From Fimbriosthenelais zetlandica (lineage: Eukaryota): a DNA stretch of 64,000 nt. This document shows, one piece after another, positions 12,756 to 21,900 of the stretch; within the stretch, counting starts at the first letter, position 1; every line of letters starts with the position of its first letter. The notes under the pieces are model-generated. The model did no database searches. It had not been told where the DNA came from and was given only the letters and a program-made list of their open reading frames with translations. Position numbers and translations under genes: made by a program. Where the stretch lies: contig OZ365114.1 in NCBI GenBank assembly GCA_977030845.1, positions 23,622,001 to 23,686,000 on the forward strand, written 5' to 3'.

Positions 12756-14094
12756 TAAGACAAAATTAAAATTCTGGCACTGTAGAATATTATACATCTT
12801 AAATAATATAATCTGTGATTAATTGTCTGAATTTAAAATTGCGCTTTATTCATTCTGTTTTCAGGTGTCTCATTGGCTTCCTGGCAGAAACCTGGACCTG
12901 GGGACTGCGGCTTGTCCTACGGCCCTGGGTCTTGGGGTCTGAGACCATGACTGAAACATTTCCGATGAAATCCTAGAGCTGAGAATGTCCAACTCTGTCC
13001 ACTCATATCTAACTGACGCCAATCACTTCATGGAGTCTCAGCTTCCAGGCAGACAACAAACATGGTGAGCCTCCTTCAGAGATATTTGAATTACATTTCG
13101 ATGCCATTTTTGACAATCTTGGAATAGTTTTCTGTTGGTGGAATCTCTTTGAACTATGAATTCTCTCATAAATTTAGTCACCTATAATATATTAACATAT
13201 TCTTTATCATTTCTTTTCAGGCTATATGCACTCTACTCACTTGAGCCTACCCCATTCATTTAAATACAATTGACAGCTTGAAGACAGACACGTTATTCAA
13301 GGTGAGCCTCCTTATAATAAACCTTGCAATAACATTTTTTTCTGCCAGTTAATGGAAAAAGCTTAAAGAACTTTGATTAAAATTAAGCGAAAAATAATTA
13401 TTATGCTTAGTGTCACCACGTGTGTCACTTTAAACCTTGAGCTTCATTTTATATCCTCCCAAATTTTTCATAAAATGTACAGCTTAATTAAATCTAGATT
13501 GTTAGTTTTGTTCTGGGAGAGAGCTGTAGAAAGGGGTAAATTAGAGAGGAGGGTGTGAGTGGGTTCTTGAGCATCGATCAATTATACTGTAATTTAGAAT
13601 TTAGGAAAATCAAGATCTTATTAATCTTAACAATGTTTTATTTTCATAATTAGAATTCAACTATCGTTTAGAATGAGATATCCATGTTGTTGAGGGGACA
13701 TATTTAATTTACATTGCAATTATGTCATCTATCGACCCTAAACAGATTGCTGAATTATTACTCTATTTGTTTTTATTCATTTTCAGTTGCCCAGTTGACT
13801 TCCTGTAAGCAACGGTGAAAAAACCTGGAGCTGGGGACGGCAGTTTAATTATCCTACGGTCCTAGCTCTGGGGGACTGAGATCGTATGAAGAGATGCGCT
13901 TTCTACCGAACACCAGACGACCAATGACGTAACGCCTACGACGGTTACAAGCATTTAGTCAGTTTAATTTCCAAGACAGGTTCTGGAAATTAGTATTTAT
14001 TTAGCATTAGTTTTTTTGTACCTAAATTTCTCATCAAATGCAGTAGTTTATTTGAGTAGTATTGTCTTCAAACATAATATAATTATTTAATATC

Positions 14095-15200
14095 AGATTA
14101 ATTAGATTTAATATCAAAGAGTTGTAGCCCTGAAGAAGTCAATCTTGTTAACATCAGACTGTTGGTGTTTCGGAATTTAATGTTGACAGTTAGACAGTGG
14201 AAACTAGGATTACCAAAGTAATTATTATATGGAAGTAGACCTATTATCATATGTTATATTTATTTGATATTCAAAGTTAGACAGCAGAGTCTTTGATGTG
14301 CAAAGTTATTCAAGTTTATTATTATAGGTTATGTTTACTTGATAATTGAATATTGCGTAATTGAGTGATGGTAATTTAGATCATAGATGTGTAAGTGTTC
14401 ATTTATGTTTAGATATATCATTATAGGTAACTTCTTTTGGTGAAATGAGTTTCAAATCACAGATATTCGTTTGATAAGTGACGTTTCGAATACCAAAAAT
14501 TAAAAAAAAATTACATCAAATTTTACACAAGCCGTGAAGCAGAATACAAGGACATGTTATATGTCATTTTGTACATTATTTTCTATGGATATTTAATTTA
14601 TAGGTAGCACATTTTCAACCCCGTGAGACATGCTACTCATTTCACCAAAATTACGTCACATTATTTATTTCAAGTATGTTTGATACACATATCAAATAAT
14701 GTCACTTATCTAGATGTTAGATTGCTGATTGTAATGTCAAAAATGGTGGCCCCCGCCCCTCTCCCTCTCTCCTTCCCATATCCCTTCCATCTCCCTCTCA
14801 CTACCGGTACCTTCTCTCTTTCTTCTGTTAATATCAGAGAGTTGTAGTTTCAAGATTTAAAGTTCATAGTTTAAATTTAGACAGTGAAAACTGGGTTTTC
14901 TAAACAATTATTATATTGAAGTAGACCTATTATCATATGTTATATTTTTTGATATTCAATGTTAGGCAGCAGAGACTTTGATGTGCAAAGTAATTACTTA
15001 GTGCCATAGGTTATATTTACTTGATAATTGAATATTGATTTGTTAATGTCAGACAATTTATCATTGGCTATATTTACATCAGAGTTTCATGGTTTGAATT
15101 TAGATAGCGTGAAGTAATTATTAACATAGGTTATAATATACTTCATAATATTATATGAGAATTGTTTAAAGTTAGACAGTGGAAACTTGTATTATGGAAA
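14095..15200. repeat. Diverged duplication of an AT-rich block
   Basis: ttagacagtggaaact...gaagtagacctattatcatatgttatattt...gcagcagag(t/a)ctttgatgtgcaaagt...tacttgataattgaatattg occurs at ~14188-14355 and ~14876-15037. A third partial copy starts at ~15170. Confidence 0.85.
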
Positions 15201-15304
15201 GTTATTACTGATCATGTTTGCATCTCCCACTCCCAACCCCGTCCGCACCCCATCCCCCCACCCACCATACCCATTTCCCATCTCCATCTCTTCCCCTTCC
15301 CACT

Positions 15305-15960
15305 TCCCTGGAAGGTCAACCTGAGGAGGGACTTAAACTCAGCAGTCAAATCACTTCTGATTCTGACTTTAGTTCTCTTGTTAAGATGTTCTACACTTTT
15401 GATTACTTTTTTATTCCGCCCTTAGGGGCAGTCTATCCCTCTACCTATACCCCAGCCTTTTTTTTCCGTGCGTCTGTATGGTGACCAGATGTTAATAAAC
15501 TCACCCGGCCTTTGGACTCTTGCCGTATGCCCCTGACAGGGCAGTATGAGTTCACTATCCAGCTCTGTGCACTGGGGGTCTCTGACCTCCCCCCTGAGAA
15601 CTAGGGGATTATAAACTGGATTATTTACTCCACGGGCGACCTGGAGGTTAGCTGTGCTTTTGGGTACCGTGGCCATTAACCGGAGTACCTCGCGTCCCAT
15701 GCGATAGTTGGGATCCTGGAACGTCCTACCTTACCCTCCTAATACCCCTACCCGCTCGCCACAAGGGAGATTACTCCTGTACTCTAAGGTCAAATAAAAT
15801 GCAACAAACAAATATTTCAATCTCTTGTTCTTTATTCATATCATGAGGCCTGTACCCGCTGGTCCTCCTACCACGCTGCTCCTTCCTCCTTCTACCGCGC
15901 CGCTCGTTCCTCCTACCCCACTCTTCCAACCACGCTGCTCCTACCTTCCTCCATTACCCC
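15305..15960. pseudogene. Decayed compact convergent gene pair (possible virus- or Maverick-like relic)
   Basis: A plus frame runs ~15305-15742 with three internal stops (...CRMPLTGQYEFTIQLCALG...WIIYSTGDLEVSCAFGYRGH*PEYLASHAIVGIL...) and is followed by AATAAA at 15793. A minus Gly-rich frame ends in TGA (15838-15836) overlapping AATAAA (15836-15831). Confidence 0.35.
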
Positions 15961-16162
15961 ACTAGGCCCGCCTACACTTCCCATACATGCCACCAGGGCC
16001 CCCCTCCCCCTTGACTAACCCTAACCCTTACCCTTGTTGAGTGTCCCCCACCCCCCACTACTCCCCAGAGATTAGACAATTCAGATACCCCGCTAGGTGT
16101 TACTTCACTATTTGCCATACTATTTCCTATCATACCGACTATTTCCTCAACTGTGAAAATGT

Positions 16163-16243
16163 TGACTTCAGGGGGATTCGAACCCATGTTAGTGTGACCC
16201 TCTAAATGGGAGTCCAACACCTTAACCACTCCGCCACTGAGTC
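16163..16243 (-). pseudogene. tRNA-like (Ser/Leu-type layout) Pol III unit, copy A
   Basis: GACTCAG-TGGCGGAGTGG(A box)-TTAAGGTG...GGGTTCGAATCC(B box), followed by TTTT. The acceptor, anticodon and T stems are poorly paired. Confidence 0.7.
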
Positions 16244-16320
16244 GGCTATGAATAATGAAGTGTATAACAAGTTCTTATACAAGAGAGGGGCAGTGACAGT
16301 TGGAAAAGAAGTGAAAACGC

Positions 16321-16401
16321 AGCTCAGGGTTGGAATCGAACCCATATTAGCAGAAACCTCTTATTGAGAGACCAACGCCTTAACCACTCGGCCACCGAAT
16401 C
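16321..16401 (-). pseudogene. tRNA-like Pol III unit, copy B
   Basis: TGGCCGAGTGG-TTAAGGCG...GGGTTCGATTCC followed by GCGTTTT. The cloverleaf stems are degenerate. Confidence 0.7.
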
Positions 16402-16481
16402 TCCTATGACCGAGCAGGTGTATAACAAGTTCTTATACAAGAGAGGGGCATAGCACAGTTGGAAAAAGAAGTGAAAAACGC

Positions 16482-16561
16482 GGCTAATGGTTGGTATCGA
16501 AACCATCATGGCATAATCCTCTTATAGGGAGACCAACGCCTTAACCATTGCGCCACATATC
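16482..16561 (-). pseudogene. tRNA-like Pol III unit, copy C
   Basis: TGGCGCAATGG-TTAAGGCG...GGTTTCGATACC followed by GCGTTTTT. It is homologous to copies A and B with a ~158-160 bp period. Confidence 0.65.
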
Positions 16562-16576
16562 AGAAATCCGGCGCAG

Positions 16577-16698
16577 TGGCGCCCTCAGGTGGTGAATGAA
16601 CGTAGGCCTATATGACGAGGGTCTGTATCGTCTGTTGTTAGAAGTTCTATAGTATACCAGTGTAACAAATATGCTACACAGGGGCGCCCTCATGTGGG
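16577..16698. promoter_or_regulatory. Two same-orientation CTCF-like motifs
   Basis: tggcgccctcaggtggtg (16577-16594) and ggcgccctcatgtggg (16683-16698). The reverse complement CCACCTGAGGGCGCCA resembles the CTCF core CCACCAGAGGGCGC. Confidence 0.45.
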
Positions 16699-18987
16699 GG
16701 ATGGTAGACTTAGGCGAGGAGGCGAAGCTTGTATCTTGATCATAGTCATAGTAGCATAGGACCAAGCCAGCGCGACTGTAGCGCAACCGAGATATGATGT
16801 GGTAGAACGCTGAACTATGCTACTTATCGGAGCCTTGGAAGTAGAATCTCCGCTCCCCCCCCCCCCAACCCCGCCACCAATCTCCCAGACGCTCAGAAAA
16901 TCTTAACGTCAATTGTCATTAAAACAATTCTTTCTACTTATATGGTTGTACAATTTATTCGCTTGCAACTTTACAAGAATAATTTTGCAGCACAGGACAT
17001 TATAATCCATTACAAGGTACATAGATCTATCTTCGAAATGTCAGATTAGCGTAAGCCCATATTTCTCATCATACGTGCCTTTATATTTTACTTCATTGTT
17101 GTTCTTGTCCAATGATCAAGGTAAGAATATAATAGATTTGCAACATAATAGGATAATTTAGAAAATCGGATATTCTCCTGACGAATCCGACTCTTTCGGC
17201 TTGAAGTTCAAATTATTGTAGCATTATTAACACAAAGCATCATGTTAACATACACAGTAAAGGTAATGCAGATATTCTCCACTTAGACACAAACATTAAA
17301 GCGAAGATTTCAGAAGATGGAGGATCAAGAAATAATACACATGTGAAGTTTGTTTTTACCTAGCTTTCACCAATGAGTTCTAGGCAATTGCAATTTATTA
17401 GTTAATCACCAGACATATAGTAGAAGTTATTTACTAAAAAAAAATCATAAAACATTATATTTGATTAAAGGTTGGTAAAGCTATCTTAATGAATGTGTCA
17501 ACTGTTGATTTAGTTTCTTCCAAAATAGCACCTTCAACCATCCCTTCTAACGTAATTGACAAGACAATAATCTATCAATGAATGGATCCTGATGATTTAC
17601 CTTAATAGACATGGTACTTTACATAAGATGAACCACCTTCCATAAACAATTCCAGACTTATCATGCATTCTACATTACACAATACTGTTCGTAGACTCCA
17701 CTCTAAACCTTCCTCCATGTGGCCCCTCTCAACACGTTAACTTACACTTTAAGCAATAAATTACGTGAATTCATTATCTTTTACATCTGGGGAAACAATC
17801 ATAGATTAACACATGCAAGTGGGGAATTAAAGTACAATGGAGAAATTGCTCTATCATTCATACAAAATCTCAGTCATGTAAAAAAACATATTATAAAGAG
17901 GAAGCACTTTATTGTTGGTGTGCAGAATAGCGGAGGGCACAGACGGGTGCTGGATCCTACACTCATAGAGTTGTGAAGTGGGCACATAGTTCCAGGTTAA
18001 GGTCCTTATCCAAGCCAACATATTCTAGAAAAGCCGCTAACATACGTTCCACTGGCAAAAATATTTCACAGGAAAATATTCATTTGAAAGTATAAAATAT
18101 AACTTTGTCAAATGTATAATAATGCCCCGGGATTTCGTTTATAAGGTTTGAGCAGGATTCATGTAAAGTAACTGTTTACACATTCAACAGGTGGAGAAGA
18201 AGCTTAACCAGGTAATGCACTATCCCACAGTTTGTCGCTCAGTTCTGTCCCCTCGGCTATTCTCTGAATCATAATTGACATGTCCTTCTCCCTACCAGCG
18301 GAATCTTTCTTCACACGTGAAAAAGGCTGTTCACAGAAAGCCTTTCAATATTTGAATAACACATTCAAACATACAAGTCTCTTGGCCATTTCACATACAT
18401 TTGTAGTTCGTGCCACTGTGGTGACGTGTATATATAGCAAGAGGGAATTAAAGTGTACAGGAAGAGATTAGCAATAGGTGTTAAATCATACAGAAGATCG
18501 CAGTAAGCATTGAGGGTTCTCATCCCATCAAAGGAAAATAATCAAGAATACAAGTAGGTCTTTATACAACCGCAATCCAAAAGAAAGCGCATATCAATGT
18601 TTTAAACTACGCATAGCAAGTATTTATTCCTATACATGCAACTTGTCAGTTTGCAAAATATTCTACTCACAGTACAAAATGTTACTGCTCAATCAGTGCA
18701 AAAAAAGATCGATACAAAGATGAGTTTTTCTATCACCAAGGTTGACAGTTAACCATTGACACTGGATCACATTGAGTCCTCTCGCCTTTCTCTCTCTCCA
18801 GTCCTTAATCAAATGAATAATGAGCTGATCCTTAATAACCTAAAGTGTTGTTTATGTCAAAAATATCTACCTCTAAAAGTTACCCTTTAATGGGTATAGA
18901 AAATCTACTTGTGATATATTGTGGTTTTTGTAGTTGAAGTAAGTATCAACTGATTCGACCCGGAGTTTGGTGTGTCATACAAGCCCT

Positions 18988-21900
18988 CTACGAATTGATG
19001 TCAGTCGTCTCAGTCTTGAAGCCGGAACCAGTCCACTTGGTCTTAAACTGCTCAGGAAGAGCAAACTCTTTCTGCAAACGAAAGCATATCAAAAGATTAA
19101 ACGATGAAAAGGTCCAGTTTCGCTACGGGAACAGAATAAGTTGTTTAGCATGTATTGATTTTTAACAGATAAATAATTCAAGCCGTTAGCATCTAGAGGT
19201 CTACAGATTGGTATCAGAGTAGAAATGAACTTACAAATTCGCCGTCTGGTTGAGGTACAAGGATATTAAGCTCGGAGGATTTGGCAGTGACAATCTCAGC
19301 ATTGAGTGACTCCTTGTTCAGATACATCTGGAAACCGTCCGTCTTGTCTACAGAGACAGTGGGCACAAATCCCTGAACCTACAGAAAGAGAAAACCATCA
19401 ATTAAACATTTCATTTCTGTGCAATGCTTCTGACTGCCAAAAGGTGATAGTAATCAAGCAAGACAAAAAGTGACTTCAGTATAATATATTATACTAAAAT
19501 GATCTATTTAGAAAAAAACCATTTCTATCTTACCTGACATTGGACGCTTTGGCAGTTGACGGTTTCGATGGCAGCCACCAATGTATCAAATACCACAGCT
19601 GTTTTCTTGCAGTTATCTGTGAAAGAAATAAGAAATATTAATAATTTTTCTTCAGTATTTTTCATGTACAGAATTGGACACTTTGTCAAAGTCCTTAATC
19701 AGCCAGTGGAAGTGACTTTAGTTTCATCCGAGAAAATGAACAGAATACAAAAATTAGTACACTCGAAGTCTTATTGTTCATTATTGCTGTGCACCATTTA
19801 TGTGTGGATGATCTGGTTCTCGCCCGAATGCTCTATCAGCTATAGAGCAGTTGTGTAAGTGAACTATAGGATAAATAGATTGTGTATGAGCCTCACCTAG
19901 GACAATAGAGTTGACCTTGCCCTTCACCTGGATGGTGCTGTTAGTACAGCGGAAGATGTACACCTGCTGCTTCATGTTCACGTCATCCAGGACAATGTTC
20001 TTATTGTCTTTGTGATATTCCTGTATTAAAAGATACCAATTATTCACAATATATAACAATTAAATTATACCAAAATAAATTAAATTAAATTAAAAAAAAA
20101 AATTTTCGTATTAAACTAACCCCCGATCTAGGGTGGTCTAGTGCAATACTGAATGAATTTTGATACTCAAATTAAATTAATCTGTTCAAAATCACATTAC
20201 GTATTGAAAATTATCCACTCACAATAATCCATTTCTTGCCCTCCAGAGCAGTTTTGGGGGGTTTGACAGGGGCGACAGCTGGTGCTTTAGGAGCAGACTT
20301 GGGACTGGCGGCAGCAGAAGGCTTGTAAGGTACTGGGGACTGGAGTCGCAAGGCAGCATTCTTGTGAGTCTTTTGGTCATCACCCACTTTACGAAGACCT
20401 GCAAATGACAATCAGAACAGCTTCATAAGCTAACTGTCAAACACAAAACTCTTGTGTTTATTTTAAACATTATATGTACGACACGTATGTACGACACATA
20501 TTAACTTATAGGGCAAAATATATTTCTCGAAGAAAAAAGTACAAGATTTTTGCAATAGTCTATCGTGAAAGAGGGAATTATGTTTTTTTGTTAGATTTTT
20601 AATAGAGCCAAATGTTGTGGAATGTGAGATATCCATGTTACCTGAGGTGACGGATGAACCCTTGTTAAGATCAGCAAACAGCGCGTTCCTAGCACCAGAC
20701 CCATCATCCTTAGGTGGGGCAGCATCAGCCACGAATGGTGGGGGAGGGGGGCCGGGGGGTGGTGGAGGAGGGGGTCCTCCCGCAGGGGGTGGTGGTGGTG
20801 CTGAACCGGTAAACAAAGTGCTGGCTTCAACACCCTGGAAAATAGCAAGTGAAAAGATCATTAAAGCATAAATCATAGAGAATAGATCATCAAATGCTTA
20901 TGATTTGATTTAGTTGTTAACTTTGGAATATATTACATATATTTTGCAATTTTTCAGCGACATATTACTTTTAACATATATCACTATTCCTGACATAAGA
21001 AGTCAGAAATAGTCAAAGCAGACATTACATGAGTTACAGGGAATTTCTCCATCTTATTCTCTCCTTACTCTTTACACCTTTGTTTGTTTCTTGGGACCTT
21101 TCTTTATTACTCCAACGACTTTCCAGTCCTTTCTATTAGCACACCTCTCTGATCTATTTACCACCCCATCGAGACTACTTCAACCAAAAAACTAATCACC
21201 ATTTCCTGTCAATCAAACCAAGTGGGCGGAGCTCTGGTTTACATCTGCATTGACCACACCCCAGACTAGAGGCCAGGCCACGCCCCATGGGATCAAGAGG
21301 GGTGACTGACAGGTAAGCCAGCTCAGGGATGTTTGGGTTGGTTTTTCACAAATTTGTGAGGAAAGTGTGAGTGACAGACAGCTTGGCAAGATGGTATGGA
21401 GAGAGAGGGGAAAGAAGCGTGGAGGTAGGAGTGCTAGGACGAAAGATGGGAGGTGGGGAGAGATGGGTAGAGGGAGGAAGAGGAGCGAGGGGAAGGGGAT
21501 AACGGGGGATCCACAATAGAGGCAATGCAGAAGGGGTTGGATTGTGGGAAGAACAGATAAGAGGGATGAGAAATGTTCACTGAACTAACCACCACTAGGT
21601 GTGACTACCATAAGATGTATCATCTATTGGCTTTTTAGATTTAAATTTTGGGAAGTAAAATATGAAATATTGAAAGGATGAATGACAGAATGGGCGAATC
21701 TGGTAAAACAAAAAGAAGGATGGAAAGCAAGAAGTGGGTAGGTAGTAAGAGGACGAGATCCACGTCTCATAATGCATCATATGGGGTTACAACTAGACCG
21801 TTAATCAACAGGCATCCAACAAATTCACGGTGAAAAATCCCCAATAAATTACCAAAATAATCCTCATAAAAACAGACAGACAAGCCAGACGGGCAAGAAT

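Larger units (their letters stand above)
11484..14600 (+). ncRNA. Putative spliced, structured long non-coding RNA (4 exons), possibly a small-RNA host
   Basis: CACTTCCGG (ETS-like) at ~11484 and a pyrimidine-rich exon 1 ending at AAG|GTTAGT (11561). Exon 2 is 12865-13064 (ttttcag|...ATG|gtgagc), exon 3 is 13221-13301 (ttttcag|...AAG|gtgagc), and exon 4 starts at 13787 (ttttcag|). The longest ATG-to-stop ORF found in the spliced exonic sequence is 40 aa. Both ends are approximate. Confidence 0.6.

Noticed and set aside
12930-12950. RNase P RNA (GGUCUGAGAC resembles the CR-I region)
   Set aside because: The GGAA part of CR-I is missing, and there is no downstream CR-V/P4 partner such as UUCAGAC.
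12890-12960. HDV-like ribozyme or H/ACA snoRNA as the identity of the hairpin
   Set aside because: The L3 and P2 requirements of the HDV fold are not met in both copies. The ANANNA H box (AGACCA) is present only in copy 1, and the modules are exonic.
13221-13260. Antizyme-type +1 frameshift site
   Set aside because: There is no UCC-UGA context, and both alternative frames close within a few codons.
16014-16034. Interstitial telomeric repeat (CTAACC)n
   Set aside because: Only about three degenerate units are present, which is not distinguishable from chance in a C-rich patch.
16163-16561. Functional tRNA genes
   Set aside because: The acceptor, anticodon and T stems have several mismatches in all three copies, and there is no consistent anticodon.
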